From positions 83,623-147,622 of the forward strand of contig SFFH01000001.1 of NCBI GenBank assembly GCA_004557905.1: a stretch of 64,000 nt of DNA, written 5' to 3'. This stretch comes from Clostridiales bacterium. Its GTDB lineage: Bacteria; Bacillota; Clostridia; Christensenellales; Aristaeellaceae. Within the stretch, counting starts at the first letter, position 1. The number at the start of each line of letters is the position of its first letter. The position numbers and the translations under genes are program-made. A model generated the notes under the pieces. That model made no database searches. It was not told the origin of the DNA and saw only the letters and a program-made list of their open reading frames with translations. This document shows, piece by piece, positions 53,678 through 64,000 of the stretch.

Positions 53678-55903
53678 GTGCTAGATTTGGACGAACAGCA
53701 GATGAATGAAACGCCCGCTCCGCGCAGACGCAGGCGTGCCGCCGCGCAGGAGCAGGCTTTTGAAGAATTCGAAAGGGAGCAGAAAGCCGCTGCCGCGAGC
53801 GAGGAGCTAGCAGCCGGAAGGCCCGGCAGAAGGCCTTCTCCCACGCCTCAGTTTGAGGCGCCCAAGCCGGCTGGTGAGCCGGTTTGGGGCGATGAGGATG
53901 ACGACGAGCCGCAGGAGCCTGTGCGCAAGCCCAGGAAAACCGGCAAGACCAAGAAGAAAAAGAAGAAGGGCGGCTGCCTGATCGCGGCTATTGTCGTACT
54001 TCTGCTTCTCGTGGTGATTGCCGTGGGCGGCATGATGCTCTTCCGCCAGAAGCTGAGCGTGATGCTCCAGCCGACGCCGGCCCCGACGGCCACGCTTGTG
54101 CCGACGGCTGTGCCGACGCCGACGCCGACCCCGACGGCCACGCCGACGCCTACCCCGACGGCCACGCCGACGCCTACCCCGACGGCCACGCCGACGCCTA
54201 CCCCGACGCCGACGCCCACCCCGACGCCGACGCCGACGCCTACTCCGACGCCGACGCCCACGCCGTCTCCGACGCCTACTCCGACGCCGACGCCCACCCC
54301 GACGCCGACGCCCACCCCGACACCGACGCCTACGCCTACTCCGACGCCGACGCCCACCCCGACGCCGTATATCCCCAGCAGCGTGAGCGCTGCGGAAACG
54401 GCTGATCCCGCGAAGGTGATCAAGGAGAGCTATGTCATCGTCGGCGATGAGCAGTCCGAAAGCTATGCGCGCAGCGAGACGGTGAGCATGGGCGATCCGC
54501 TTGCGTACAGCGCGCAGGGCGGCCTTTTGACCTATCGCGGCGGCCCGCTCCGGCAGAACGGCGCGTATGGCACCGTGAACGTGGAAAGCGAGCAGCTCTC
54601 CGTGCTTCGCGGCCTGCGCACGACTTCGCTGGACGGCAAGTACATGGGCTTCGGCTTTGGCACGCAGCCGCTGATCGTCAAGTGGTACAAGAACATCCGC
54701 GAGATGATGAACATCAACGACGAGGCCAAGGCAACCACGGCGATGAAGGAAGTCATCTATCCGTCCAACGACGGCCGCATTTACTTCGTGGATCTGGATA
54801 CCCAGACCTACAGCCGCGAGCCGCTGAACGTCGGCTTCCCGATGCAGACGACGGCCAGCGTCAACCCGTACGGCTATCCGCTGCTGTACGTCGGCCAGAC
54901 GGAGGACAGCCTGACCAATTACAAGGGCATCATCGGCATGCGCGTGTACAGCCTGATCGACCAGAGCCTGGCTGCGTTTGTACCGGGCAAGAACGCGCAG
55001 GCGTATTCCGAAAACGGCTCCATTTCCACCTCTGCGCTGGTGGAAACCGAGAGCGATTCGCTGATCTATGCCTCGGACAACGGCACGATCAACGTTCTGT
55101 CGATGAACACGGAGTTTGACTTGGAGAACAGCGAGATCACCGTCTCTCCGGAGCTGACTGCCTATGCCTACAAGACCAAGCTCAAGAATGCCAAGCAGTA
55201 CGATATCTCTTCCAGCGTGGCTGCGTACGGCGATTACGTCTTCTTTGGCGACAAGGCCGGCTCCATCCAGTGCGTGGACATGAACACCATGCAGGCGGTT
55301 TGGGCGGTCGACATGGGCGACAGCGTTGTGGCGCCGGTCGCGCTTGAAACCGGCGACGACGGCGAGGTGTACCTCTACGCGGGCAACGTCGTCAACCAGC
55401 GTGCCAAATCGAGCCAGATCAGCCTGGTGAAGATCGACGCGCTGACCGGCGAAACCCTCTGGACGTGCCAGAGCGAGATCAAGGGCAAGTATGCCAGCGC
55501 ATCCGCCAAGGCGGGCATTTACGCCGGTCTGATGGGCGCGCCGATCGTCGGCCAGGGCGACATCAACGACCTGGTGATCTTCAACGTCAACAACGTGGTC
55601 GACGGCAAGGAAAGCTACGCGATCGTCTATGCGCTGGACAAGATCACCGGCGAGGAGGTCTGGAGCCAGCCGGTCGACACGCAGTCCATCTCCTCTCCGA
55701 TCGCGATGTATCAGCCGGACGGCAAGAGCTACATCGTGATGGGTGATGACAACGGCACGTTGCGCCTGATGGACGGCTACTCCGGCACCACGATCAGCAC
55801 CGTGAACCTGGGCAGCGCGATTCAGGCCTCTCCGGCGGCTTACGGCAACAAAATTGTCGTCGGCACGACGGGCGGCATGCTCTACTTCGTCGAGCTCAAG
55901 TAA
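53678..55903 (+). CDS. Type-II membrane protein: basic/acidic cytoplasmic N-terminus, TM helix, about 95-aa Thr-Pro linker, PQQ-like (BamB-like) beta-propeller
   Basis: 'KKKKKKGG' followed by a TM helix and a (TP)n tract. Propeller-blade motifs recur ('IYFVDL', 'VYLYAGN', 'LYFVELK'). The start is ambiguous (GTG 53678, TTG 53687 or ATG 53702). Confidence 0.75.
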   Translation: MLDLDEQQMNETPAPRRRRRAAAQEQAFEEFEREQKAAAASEELAAGRPGRRPSPTPQFEAPKPAGEPVWGDEDDDEPQEPVRKPRKTGKTKKKKKKGGCLIAAIVVLLLLVVIAVGGMMLFRQKLSVMLQPTPAPTATLVPTAVPTPTPTPTATPTPTPTATPTPTPTATPTPTPTPTPTPTPTPTPTPTPTPTPSPTPTPTPTPTPTPTPTPTPTPTPTPTPTPTPTPYIPSSVSAAETADPAKVIKESYVIVGDEQSESYARSETVSMGDPLAYSAQGGLLTYRGGPLRQNGAYGTVNVESEQLSVLRGLRTTSLDGKYMGFGFGTQPLIVKWYKNIREMMNINDEAKATTAMKEVIYPSNDGRIYFVDLDTQTYSREPLNVGFPMQTTASVNPYGYPLLYVGQTEDSLTNYKGIIGMRVYSLIDQSLAAFVPGKNAQAYSENGSISTSALVETESDSLIYASDNGTINVLSMNTEFDLENSEITVSPELTAYAYKTKLKNAKQYDISSSVAAYGDYVFFGDKAGSIQCVDMNTMQAVWAVDMGDSVVAPVALETGDDGEVYLYAGNVVNQRAKSSQISLVKIDALTGETLWTCQSEIKGKYASASAKAGIYAGLMGAPIVGQGDINDLVIFNVNNVVDGKESYAIVYALDKITGEEVWSQPVDTQSISSPIAMYQPDGKSYIVMGDDNGTLRLMDGYSGTTISTVNLGSAIQASPAAYGNKIVVGTTGGMLYFVELK
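54071..54367 (+). repeat. In-frame tandem repeat encoding the (Thr-Pro)n linker
   Basis: 6-bp ACN-CCN periodicity over about 300 bp, with a higher-order 24-bp unit acggccacgccgacgcctaccccg repeated 3 times. Confidence 0.9.
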
Positions 55904-55920
55904 GATCTCTTTGAACAGCG

Positions 55921-55960
55921 GATGCCGCTGCGGGATATCCGCAGCGGCGTCTTTGCTTTG
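55921..55960 (+). terminator. Terminator upstream of glpK
   Basis: gatgccgctgcgg-gatat-ccgcagcggcgtc followed by tttgctttg. Confidence 0.7.
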
Positions 55961-55993
55961 TGTACGTCATTTTTACCGATAAGGAGGAGAAAG

Positions 55994-57493
55994 ATGCATC
56001 AGTATGTCATCGCCCTGGATCAGGGCACGACAAGCTCGCGCGCCGTCATCTTCGATGAGCAGGCGCATGTCGTGGCCATGAAGAGCTACGAGTTTGAGCA
56101 GATCTATCCGCAGCCCGGTTGGGTCGAGCACGATCCGGCGGCCATCCTGAACACCCAGACGGACGCGCTGCGCGAGGCGGTTCGCATCAGCGGTATCCCG
56201 GTGGAGGAGATCGCTGCCATCGGCATCACCAATCAGCGTGAAACAACGATGATCTGGGACCGCGCGACCGGCCGGCCGCTGTACAATGCCATTGTCTGGC
56301 AGTGCCGCCGCACCGCGCCGATCGTCAAGCAGCTGTGCGACGAGGGCTTGGAGGAGCACATCCGCAATGCGACGGGTTTGGTGCCGGATGCGTATTTCTC
56401 CGGCACGAAGCTCAAGTGGCTGCTGGACAAGCTGGATCTGCACGAGCGCGCCGAAAAGGGAGAAATCTGCTTCGGCACGGTGGACAGCTTCCTGGCGTGG
56501 AATCTCGTCTCCGGGCACCCGCATGTGACGGACGCGACGAACGCCAGCCGCACCATGCTCTACAACATCCACAAGAATGACTGGGACGACACGCTGCTGG
56601 AGGCGCTGGACATTCCTCGCGCGGTGCTGCCCAAGGTGGTGGATACCTCCGGCGTGATCGGCATGCTCGATACCGAGATCCTCGGCCGCGCGATTCCGGT
56701 GGCCGCGCTGGCGGGCGACCAGCACGCGGCGCTGTTCGGCCAGGGCTGCTTCAAGCCCGGCATGATGAAGAACACCTACGGCACGGGCTGCTTCCTGCTC
56801 ATGAACACGGGCGAGCTGCCGGTGACCAGCAAGACCGGCCTGGTGTCCACCATCGCCTGGCGCATCGGCGGCGAGACGACGTACGCGCTGGAGGGCAGCG
56901 TGTTTGTCGGCGGCGCGGTGATCCAGTGGCTGCGCGATGAGATGAAGCTCATCGAGCGCGCGTCGGAGACGGAGATGATCGCCAATTCTGTCAAAGATAC
57001 GGGCGGCGTGTACCTGGTGCCGTCGTTTACGGGCCTGGGCGCGCCGTACTGGGACATGTACAGCCGCGGCACAATCGTGGGCCTGACCCGCGGCACGGGC
57101 CGTGCGCATATCGTGCGCGCAGCGCTGGAAGCGATCGCATATCAGTCTGCTGACCTGGTCACGGCGATGGCCACGGATTGCGGCCGCAAGCCGACACAGC
57201 TGCGCGTCGATGGCGGCGCGAGCGCCAACAAGTTCCTGATGCAGTTCCAGTCCGACATCCTGGGCTGCGACGTCATCCGCCCGGCGGTCATCGAGACGAC
57301 AGCACTGGGCGCCGCACTGCTGGCAGGCCTGGCTGTGGGCGTATGGAAGGATATGGACGAGATCCGCAGCATCTGGAAGATGGACCTGAGCCTCACGCCG
57401 CAGATGAATGAGGAGGAACGCAGGACGGCGCTGTCCGGCTGGCACAAGGCCGTGAGCCGCAGCCTGCGCTGGATTGAGGAAGACAAGGCATAA
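55994..57493 (+). CDS. glpK: Glycerol kinase
   Basis: '[18 protein letters not shown]', 'GITNQRETT', 'DQHAALFGQ'. ATG follows AAGGAGGAG. Confidence 0.95.
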   Translation: MHQYVIALDQGTTSSRAVIFDEQAHVVAMKSYEFEQIYPQPGWVEHDPAAILNTQTDALREAVRISGIPVEEIAAIGITNQRETTMIWDRATGRPLYNAIVWQCRRTAPIVKQLCDEGLEEHIRNATGLVPDAYFSGTKLKWLLDKLDLHERAEKGEICFGTVDSFLAWNLVSGHPHVTDATNASRTMLYNIHKNDWDDTLLEALDIPRAVLPKVVDTSGVIGMLDTEILGRAIPVAALAGDQHAALFGQGCFKPGMMKNTYGTGCFLLMNTGELPVTSKTGLVSTIAWRIGGETTYALEGSVFVGGAVIQWLRDEMKLIERASETEMIANSVKDTGGVYLVPSFTGLGAPYWDMYSRGTIVGLTRGTGRAHIVRAALEAIAYQSADLVTAMATDCGRKPTQLRVDGGASANKFLMQFQSDILGCDVIRPAVIETTALGAALLAGLAVGVWKDMDEIRSIWKMDLSLTPQMNEEERRTALSGWHKAVSRSLRWIEEDKA

Positions 57494-57511
57494 TACAGTC
57501 ATTTGGAGCAG

Positions 57512-57545
57512 AACCGCGCGAGAAATCGCGTGGTTTTGCTTTTTG
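57512..57545 (+). terminator. glpK terminator
   Basis: aaccgcgcga-gaaa-tcgcgtggtt followed by ttgcttttt. Confidence 0.7.
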
Positions 57546-57645
57546 GAAAGATTGGTGAAATTTTGGCATGCTTCTCCCGTCTTTAAAAGTGAAGTTACAA
57601 AAGCGTTCATTTTAGAGCATCAACGGATGAAGGAGGAGAAGCATA

Positions 57646-59889
57646 TTGAAACAGCGATTGAAGGCATATGTGCTGCTGACGCTGTGCGCAGCGCTGCTGT
57701 GCGGCGTCGCGGCGGCCACGGCCGAGACGGCGCTGCGCGCGTGGGTGGGATACGACACGGTGATCCTGTCCGGACGGTGGTTCCCGCTGTTTGTGGAGAT
57801 CGCAGCGGACGATGCGCCCGTCGAGGGCATGGTGGAGGTGGACGTCGGCGTGGATGCCGGCGTGGTGGACCGGTTCAGACAGCCGGTGTCTGTCCCGGCC
57901 GGGGAAACCCGGACGTACAGGATGCCCATCTGCCCGGTGGTGAATCAACGCACGTTTGAGGTGCGGCTGACCTGCGGTGAAGCGGTCTTCAGCGCGACGG
58001 CTCGGGCATCGCGCGCCGTATCCGAGGACGCTCTGGTTGTCGGCGTGCTGGGGAAGGAGACAGAGCAGCTCGCTCATGCGCTGTGCGCGATTGAGCAGCG
58101 GGACGTGCACGGCACGCGGCAGATCATCGAGGCCATCCCGCTGGATGCGAAGCGCTTTGCGCAGGATTCGCGCGAGATGAGCGCCTTCGACGCGATGGTC
58201 GTGCTGGATCAGGAAGACCACACGCTGGAGAGCGAAAGCGCCGGCTTGCTGGAAAGCTGGCGGCAGGCGGGCGGCATCCTCGTGCGCAGGAGCAGCATGG
58301 ATTCGGCCATGCTCAAGCCCGTCTTCGCGGCGCAGGAGGTCATGAGCGAGATCAAGACGGCGCAGACGAACGGACAGGGATTCAAGAGAGAAAACAGCAA
58401 TTCCCCATTCTCCGACAACTTGAACGCGGCGATGACGGCGGATCGGCCGGCCAGCCTTTGGCCTGCTGTGGCGGTGCTGGCGGTCTATGTGCTGGCGGCC
58501 GGCGTGGGCGCGTATGGACTGATGAAGCGGCTGGACAGGAGCAAGATGCTGTGGGCGGTCATTCCGGTGATGGCGCTTGCCGCCTGCGGCGTGATGGCGC
58601 TGCTGGGCGCAGGGCTGGGGCTCAATCAGCCGATGAGCAGCTCCGTGCATCTGGTGCACTATGAGGCGGACGGACAGACCGACGTCAGCGAGCTGGCCAC
58701 GCTGACCTATGCAGGGCAGCAGCGCCGCGTGGTATCCACACAGGGGAACGCACCGCTTGAGAAGAGGGTATACAGCTATTATAACGAGTACGTCGGGTTG
58801 AGCGATGAGACGGCGCTGCGCGATGTCATCACTCTGGGTGAGCGGCCGTCCATCGAGCTGGAGGGCAAGGCGGATTGGCTTGTGCGCAGCCTGGTCGTCC
58901 GCAATGAGGCCGCGCCAGAGGGCGGCGTGACGGCCTTTGCGCACATGGAGAAGGACGGCCTGCACGTCGAGGTGAAGAACGGCACCGATACGCTGATTGA
59001 AGACACTGTGGTGCTCACGAAGATCGGCTATGCCCATCTGGGCGATCTGGCTCCGGGCGACGCCGCGCAGACGGTGCTGCTGCGCACCGACGCATTGCTG
59101 TGGAAAGCGGATGGCCAGCTCGTCCTGCGTGAGCAGCAGATGCTGCCGTTCGGCACGACGATGTACAGGGCGGCGCATGCCGCGGTTGATCCGGAGGCTG
59201 AGCAGGATCCAACCTGGAAGCGCTCGTCTCTGCCGGAGAAGGAGCAGCGCAGCCGGGAGATCGAGGAGAGCATCCTGATGCTGGGCGCGGGCACGGCATG
59301 GCAGGAGGGCTTTGCCTGCGCGGTGATCGGCCAGACGCCGCAGATCGCCTGCGAAACGCTGCTGCTTGACGGCAAGCCGGTGACGCGCCGCGCGGAAACG
59401 AGCGTTCTGGTCTGCACCGCAGCGTTTGAGCCGGTATCGCCCAGCGGATATTTCTACTATCCGGAAGGCACGTTCAAGCGCCTGGAGGCGACGCTCGATG
59501 AAAACGGCGTGCCGCTGCTTGGAAAGGCACGCGAATCCAGCTATGTCTATGAGCAGGACGAGGTGCTGGTAGGCTTCTCGCTCAGCGGCGTGGACGTGGC
59601 TGGGATTGAGGAAATCCGGCTATATGCGGACGGCGGCGTGAACGGCGGAAATAAGCATCATGCCGTCATCATCGAGGCTTACGACTACACGGACGGAAAA
59701 TGGGTGCGCCTTGAGGAGGACGGCGATATCCGCATCAGCAGCGAGCTGGCCGGGCGCGTCGTGAGCCGTTCCGAGGCGCTTTGCCTGCGCTTTACAGGAG
59801 ATGCGCTGGCGGAATGGGGCGTGCGGCTGCCGGAGATCATCGTCGAGGGCTGCATGAGCACGCAGCAGGAAGGAGGCGAAGCGGCATGA
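57646..59889 (+). CDS. Large hypothetical membrane protein (signal peptide, N-terminal extracytoplasmic domain, central TM pair, large C-terminal domain)
   Basis: TTG start 9 nt after AAGGAGG. Signal 'LLTLCAALLCGVAAATA' and TM helices near residues 265-320. ATGA-coupled to the ABC ATPase gene. Confidence 0.7.
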   Translation: MKQRLKAYVLLTLCAALLCGVAAATAETALRAWVGYDTVILSGRWFPLFVEIAADDAPVEGMVEVDVGVDAGVVDRFRQPVSVPAGETRTYRMPICPVVNQRTFEVRLTCGEAVFSATARASRAVSEDALVVGVLGKETEQLAHALCAIEQRDVHGTRQIIEAIPLDAKRFAQDSREMSAFDAMVVLDQEDHTLESESAGLLESWRQAGGILVRRSSMDSAMLKPVFAAQEVMSEIKTAQTNGQGFKRENSNSPFSDNLNAAMTADRPASLWPAVAVLAVYVLAAGVGAYGLMKRLDRSKMLWAVIPVMALAACGVMALLGAGLGLNQPMSSSVHLVHYEADGQTDVSELATLTYAGQQRRVVSTQGNAPLEKRVYSYYNEYVGLSDETALRDVITLGERPSIELEGKADWLVRSLVVRNEAAPEGGVTAFAHMEKDGLHVEVKNGTDTLIEDTVVLTKIGYAHLGDLAPGDAAQTVLLRTDALLWKADGQLVLREQQMLPFGTTMYRAAHAAVDPEAEQDPTWKRSSLPEKEQRSREIEESILMLGAGTAWQEGFACAVIGQTPQIACETLLLDGKPVTRRAETSVLVCTAAFEPVSPSGYFYYPEGTFKRLEATLDENGVPLLGKARESSYVYEQDEVLVGFSLSGVDVAGIEEIRLYADGGVNGGNKHHAVIIEAYDYTDGKWVRLEEDGDIRISSELAGRVVSRSEALCLRFTGDALAEWGVRLPEIIVEGCMSTQQEGGEAA

Positions 59890-60833
59890 TGGAATGCAGA
59901 GAGCTGGTGAAGCGCTACGGAAGGACGCTGGCTGTCGACCGCCTGAGCCTTCGGGTGGAGGCGGGCGAGGTGCACGGGTTCGTCGGCCCGAACGGCGCGG
60001 GCAAGACGACGACCATGAAGATCCTCGCCACGCTGATGCAGCCGACGGCGGGCGACGCGCTCGTGGACGGCGTGAGCGCGGTGCACGAGCCGCAGAAGGT
60101 ACGCGCTTTGGTGGGCTATATGCCGGATTTCTTCGGCGTGTACGACAACCTCAAGGTGTGGGAGTACCTCGATTTCTACGCAGGCTGTGTGGGTATGGAT
60201 GCCAAAACGCGCAGACGGCGGATTGACGAGCTGCTGGAGCTGACGGCGCTCACCGCCAAGCGGGAGGCCTATGTGGACCAGCTGTCCCGCGGCATGAAGC
60301 AGCGGCTCTGCCTCGCGCGGGCGCTGATGCACGACCCGAAGCTGCTGATTCTCGACGAACCGGCCTCCGGCATGGACCCGCGTGCCCGGGCACAGATGCG
60401 CGAAATTCTTCGAGAGATCGGGCAGATGGGCAAGACGGTGCTGATATCCTCGCACATCCTGCCGGAGCTGTCCGAGCTGTGCACGTCGGTGACGGTGCTG
60501 CAAAAGGGCAGGGCCGTGTTCAGCGGCTCCGTTGATGAGATGGAGCGGCGCATGCACGGCGCGCCGCTGGTGATCCGCCTGGCGGAGACGCCGGAGGAAT
60601 CCGTCCTCAAGCAGGCGGCCAAGGCGCTCGAGACGCTGTTTGGCCAGCTGCCTGCGATGACGCCGGGGGAATGGCGCGTGGAGGCGCAGGCTGGCGAGCA
60701 GACGGACGCGCAGGCGCTGCGCACACTCGTCGATCTGGGCATGCCGGTGTGCGGCTTTGGCCGCGAGCACGCGACGCTTGAGAAGGCATTTATGGAGGTG
60801 ACTGGCGCTTATGAAGCTGAATCCGATCTTTGA
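59886..60833 (+). CDS. ABC transporter ATP-binding protein (ABC-2 subfamily)
   Basis: 'GPNGAGKTTT', 'LSRGMKQRL', 'LILDEPASGMD'. Confidence 0.9.
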   Translation: MMECRELVKRYGRTLAVDRLSLRVEAGEVHGFVGPNGAGKTTTMKILATLMQPTAGDALVDGVSAVHEPQKVRALVGYMPDFFGVYDNLKVWEYLDFYAGCVGMDAKTRRRRIDELLELTALTAKREAYVDQLSRGMKQRLCLARALMHDPKLLILDEPASGMDPRARAQMREILREIGQMGKTVLISSHILPELSELCTSVTVLQKGRAVFSGSVDEMERRMHGAPLVIRLAETPEESVLKQAAKALETLFGQLPAMTPGEWRVEAQAGEQTDAQALRTLVDLGMPVCGFGREHATLEKAFMEVTGAYEAESDL

Positions 60834-61719
60834 ATCCTCTGCGCGCAGGCGCATGCGCACGGGAAAAACGGCGCTGATTCTGACAGCGTACATGGCGGCG
60901 CTGCTCGTGTTCTCGCTCAGCCGGCTGAGCGTGTTCTTCGGCCAGGGCGTGACGGTCGGCCGGATGCGCCTGGGTACAGAGGCGTACATCTGGCAGACGG
61001 CGCTGCAGCTGGCGCTGATCGTGGTGGTCGCGCCGGCGCTCGGCGCGGTGAGCATTGCGGGCGAACGGGAACGCCAGACGTTTGACCTGCTGCTGGTGAC
61101 GGGCGTGGGCGCGCGGAAGATCGTGCTGGGCAAGCTCATGGAGAGCTTCGCGTTCATCGCGCTGCTGATTCTTGCCGGCGCGCCGGTGATGATGCTTGCG
61201 CATGTGACTGCGGGCATTCCGGTGCTGCGGGTGCTGGAAACGCTCATATACCTGATGGCGATTGCGCTGGAGGCGCTCGCGGTGGGCATGGTCTGCTCTG
61301 CATTGTGCAGGCGGACGCTCAGCGCAATGGTGATGACGTATCTGGCGATCGGCCTGCTGGGCGGCGGCGCATGGGCGCTGGCCAAGCACGGCCCGCTTGC
61401 CGCGCACTATACCTATGAATCGCTGCGCGTGCTCGGCGGCATGAGCACGGCTCAGATCCTGATGGGCATGCCGCTGCCGGTGTTCTTCTGCCCGGCGGTG
61501 GGGCTGGTGTCGCTGCTGGCGCATCAGACGGGCATTCTGCACACGACGATGCAGAGCACGCTGCGTCTGTTTGACATCTATTCGGCGATGAAGGCGGCAG
61601 GCTTTGGCGCGGCGGCGGCAGCGTGCTTCGGCGCGACGTGCCTGAGTACGGTACTGCTCATCACGCTGGCCACGGGCATCGTGCATCTGCAAACCGGTCT
61701 TTCCTATCAGAAGGGATAA
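60811..61719 (+). CDS. ABC-2 type transporter permease
   Basis: Six hydrophobic helices and 'ERERQTFDLLLVT', typical of ABC-2 permeases. It overlaps the ATPase gene. Confidence 0.8.
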   Translation: MKLNPIFESSARRRMRTGKTALILTAYMAALLVFSLSRLSVFFGQGVTVGRMRLGTEAYIWQTALQLALIVVVAPALGAVSIAGERERQTFDLLLVTGVGARKIVLGKLMESFAFIALLILAGAPVMMLAHVTAGIPVLRVLETLIYLMAIALEALAVGMVCSALCRRTLSAMVMTYLAIGLLGGGAWALAKHGPLAAHYTYESLRVLGGMSTAQILMGMPLPVFFCPAVGLVSLLAHQTGILHTTMQSTLRLFDIYSAMKAAGFGAAAAACFGATCLSTVLLITLATGIVHLQTGLSYQKG

Positions 61720-61897
61720 GGAGATTACATGATGGAAACGGGCGGTCCTCCCTGGGAATCGCCCGTTTCTCCTGCATCTGGAAGCAGCTTTCTCCGAAAC
61801 ATGGCGATTTTGCACGGATATAGCAGAAAAGGTGAAAATTATTTGAAGCGATCCTGCATTTTCTTCAACTTTCCGACACACTCAGGACGCTTTCCCC

Positions 61898-61926
61898 TTG
61901 ACAGCGTGTAGGGTTGAGGATAAAAT
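61898..61926 (+). promoter_or_regulatory. Sigma-A promoter of ilvE
   Basis: TTGACA, 17 nt, TAAAAT. Confidence 0.6.
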
Positions 61927-61998
61927 AATACTACTACGATTTGAGGCGAATGCCCCGAAGTTCGCGAAAAAATTCGAACTTTGATGGAGGTCATGAAG

Positions 61999-63069
61999 AT
62001 GTACGATATCCCTGTGACGCTGACCAAGAATCCGAAGCAGAAGCCGGCGGACGAGTCCAAGCTCGGCTTCGGCAAGATTTTTACCGATCATATGTTTATC
62101 ATGGACTACCAGGTCGGCCGCGGCTGGTATGACGCGCGTGTCGTCCCGTACGGCCCGTTTGTGATGGATCCGGCGACGACCGTGTTCCACTACGCGCAGG
62201 AGATTTTTGAGGGCATGAAGTGCTATCGCCGCAAGGACGGCGGCCTGCAGCTCTTCCGCCCGCGCGACAACTTTGAGCGCATGAACCGCTCCGCCGCCCG
62301 CATGGGCATGCCGGCCCTTGATGTGGAGCAGGCGCTTGCCGGTCTGCTTGCGCTGATCAAGGCGGATGCGGACTGGGTTCCGTCCGCGCCGGGCACCTCG
62401 CTGTACATCCGTCCGACGATGATTGCAACCGACGTCATGCTGGGCGTGCACGCGTCTCACAACTATCGATTCTACATCATCTGCTCGCCGTCCGGCGCGT
62501 ACTATCCGAAGGGCCTTGCGCCGGTGGGAATCTATGTCGAGCCGGAGCTCGTGCGTGCGGTCAAGGGCGGCGTCGGCTTCACCAAGACCGGCGGCAACTA
62601 TGCGGCCTCCATCCTCGCGGGTGATATCGCCGAGAAGAAGGGCTATGAGCAGGTGCTCTGGCTGGACGGCAAGGAGAACAAGTACATCGAGGAAGTCGGC
62701 TCCATGAACATGTTCTTCAAGTTCAAGGACGCGCTGGTGACCCCGCCGCTGCTGGGCTCCATTCTCGGCGGCATCACGCGCGATTCCATCATCAAGCTGG
62801 CTAGGCACATGGGCATCCCGGTCGAGGAGCGCCGCCTGACAGTGCAGGATGTGTTTGACGCAGCGGAGAAGGGCGAGCTGGAGGAGGCGTTCGGCTCCGG
62901 TACGGCGGCCGTCGTATCTCCGGTGGGCCGTCTCGCCTGGAACGACAAGGAGATCATCATCTCCGGCGGCAAGATCGGCGCATGCACCCAGAAGTTCTAC
63001 GACACGCTGACCGGTATTCAGTTCGGCACGGTCGAGGATCCGTTCGGCTGGGTGCTCAAGATCGACTGA
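61999..63069 (+). CDS. ilvE: Branched-chain-amino-acid aminotransferase
   Basis: 'FGKIFTDHMF', 'HYAQEIFEGMKCYR', 'TKTGGNYAAS'. ATG at 61999 lies 8 nt after GGAGG (the track start is 61981). Confidence 0.9.
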   Translation: MYDIPVTLTKNPKQKPADESKLGFGKIFTDHMFIMDYQVGRGWYDARVVPYGPFVMDPATTVFHYAQEIFEGMKCYRRKDGGLQLFRPRDNFERMNRSAARMGMPALDVEQALAGLLALIKADADWVPSAPGTSLYIRPTMIATDVMLGVHASHNYRFYIICSPSGAYYPKGLAPVGIYVEPELVRAVKGGVGFTKTGGNYAASILAGDIAEKKGYEQVLWLDGKENKYIEEVGSMNMFFKFKDALVTPPLLGSILGGITRDSIIKLARHMGIPVEERRLTVQDVFDAAEKGELEEAFGSGTAAVVSPVGRLAWNDKEIIISGGKIGACTQKFYDTLTGIQFGTVEDPFGWVLKID

Positions 63070-63207
63070 GCCGGATATACGATGTGAATCACTGATCTTC
63101 CAAAGATAAGCGCATGCAAATGGCACCCATGATGATCACGGGTGCCATTGCTATGCGATAAAGGTTTTCAGAAAAGCGCGATTTCATCACGTGGGAGGAT
63201 CATATTC

Positions 63208-64000
63208 ATGTTCAGGCAGGAAGAAGTGTTCGTCGGTGGCTGGCAGGAAAAGACGATCGAGGCCATGCAGCGCCGCAGATTCGAGCAGATGGTGACACAG
63301 CTCCCGCCGCTGGGCGCGGGCAGGCTGGCAGAGCTCTCGCCGACGGCGTTTGAGCGCAAGCTCGAGCAGTGCTGGCAGGATATCGAGCGCAAGCCCATGC
63401 GCGCCCAGCAGCTGGGCGAGGTCTGGAAGAGCGTGCTGGGCAGCATCGATGCGCAGGCGGACTGCCTCTCGCATGAGGAGCATGCGCTGGTGGAGCGGGC
63501 GCTGATTCTGGGCGGCTGCGCACAGATTGAGGACGCGCAGGAGCTGGAGGCGGCGCGCGCGCTGTCTCTGCGCCTCTGGGCGAGCGTGGGCATCGTCTCC
63601 GGCAGGCCGTATATCGAGCTGGAGACGCCGGTGCTCGAGCCGGTGGCCAAAGCGTTTGCCCGTGAGGAGCACGAAAGCATTCGCCAGCGGCTGGAAGCCT
63701 TCAGCGCCTACCTGACGGGTATGCTCTACCGTGTTGGCGCGATCGATGACCGCCAGCCGCAGCAGCTTCTCCTTCGCGAGGTGTTCGGCTGTCAGGCGGG
63801 CAGTGAGCTCCACATGCAGCTCGCGCGGCGGTACCTCTGGTCGAGCTATGACTGTGTGGATTACAGCGGGGGCGTGATGCTGGTGCACGCTGCGCTTGCC
63901 GACCCTCGGCATCTGATGCCCAGCCTGCGGCGAAGACAGGGGATTCTGCTGCCGCCGCAGACGGAGCTGACCACGCAGATGGACATTCTGCCGGAGGAAA
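63208..64000 (+). CDS. Hypothetical protein, 3' end cut by the window edge
   Basis: ATG lies 8 nt after GTGGGAGGA. The frame is open to the window end with high GC3. It is not in the ORF track because no stop codon is reached. Confidence 0.55.
   Translation, partial: MFRQEEVFVGGWQEKTIEAMQRRRFEQMVTQLPPLGAGRLAELSPTAFERKLEQCWQDIERKPMRAQQLGEVWKSVLGSIDAQADCLSHEEHALVERALILGGCAQIEDAQELEAARALSLRLWASVGIVSGRPYIELETPVLEPVAKAFAREEHESIRQRLEAFSAYLTGMLYRVGAIDDRQPQQLLLREVFGCQAGSELHMQLARRYLWSSYDCVDYSGGVMLVHAALADPRHLMPSLRRRQGILLPPQTELTTQMDILPEE

Noticed and set aside
54071-54367. Possible CRISPR array
   Set aside because: The repeats are contiguous 6- and 24-bp units with no spacers, and they lie in-frame within a long CDS.
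53848-54423. (Gly-Val)n ORF on the minus strand and Arg-rich ORF 54096-54386
   Set aside because: Both are alternative-frame readings of the Thr-Pro tandem repeat inside the beta-propeller gene.
55973-61385. Long minus-strand ORFs 55973-57610, 57607-59178 and 59685-61385
   Set aside because: They are antisense to glpK, the 747-aa membrane protein and the ABC genes. Their composition is the typical shadow-ORF type.

Overview
This is a high-GC (about 60-65%) window from a spore-forming Firmicute. The evidence is a spoVA gene set, a Tyr T-box leader, FloA/NfeD, sigma-A and sigma-G type promoters, and GGAGG ribosome-binding sites. By inference it is most likely a Clostridia (Oscillospiraceae-like) gut organism. 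Coding density is high. About 60 CDS are supportable, and most of the very long ORFs in the track are antisense or upstream-extension artefacts of the GC-rich sequence.

Main gene content, in order:
- a repeat-rich surface protein fragment
- a GntR/ABC module whose permease appears split by a frameshift
- Mrp/ApbC and MnmM(YtqB)
- a 5-gene biotin-dependent Na+-decarboxylase operon that carries two different carboxyltransferases
- yigZ and tyrS (with a Tyr T-box), then trmL
- two tandem family-4-like uracil-DNA glycosylases
- NfeD-FloA, an orphan LytTR response regulator, and rpsT
- a LacI-controlled ABC, heparinase-II/III-like, DUF2264, GH88 locus
- glmS, spoVAD-spoVAEb, and tRNA-Tyr followed by a small low-GC islet
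- an acetolactate-synthase-like TPP enzyme
- a GT-C glycosyltransferase and a peptidoglycan-binding protein
- an ECF sigma/anti-sigma pair, spoVAC, GH2 and VanW
- a Thr-Pro-linker beta-propeller protein, glpK, a large membrane protein with an ABC-2 exporter, and ilvE

The best candidate for an uncharacterised system is a tightly coupled 5-gene operon at 39.2-44.0 kb. It encodes a circularly permuted ATP-grasp, an alpha-E protein, a transglutaminase-like peptidase and two AstE/AspA-type deacylase paralogs.

All family calls come from motif recognition by eye. No database search was run.
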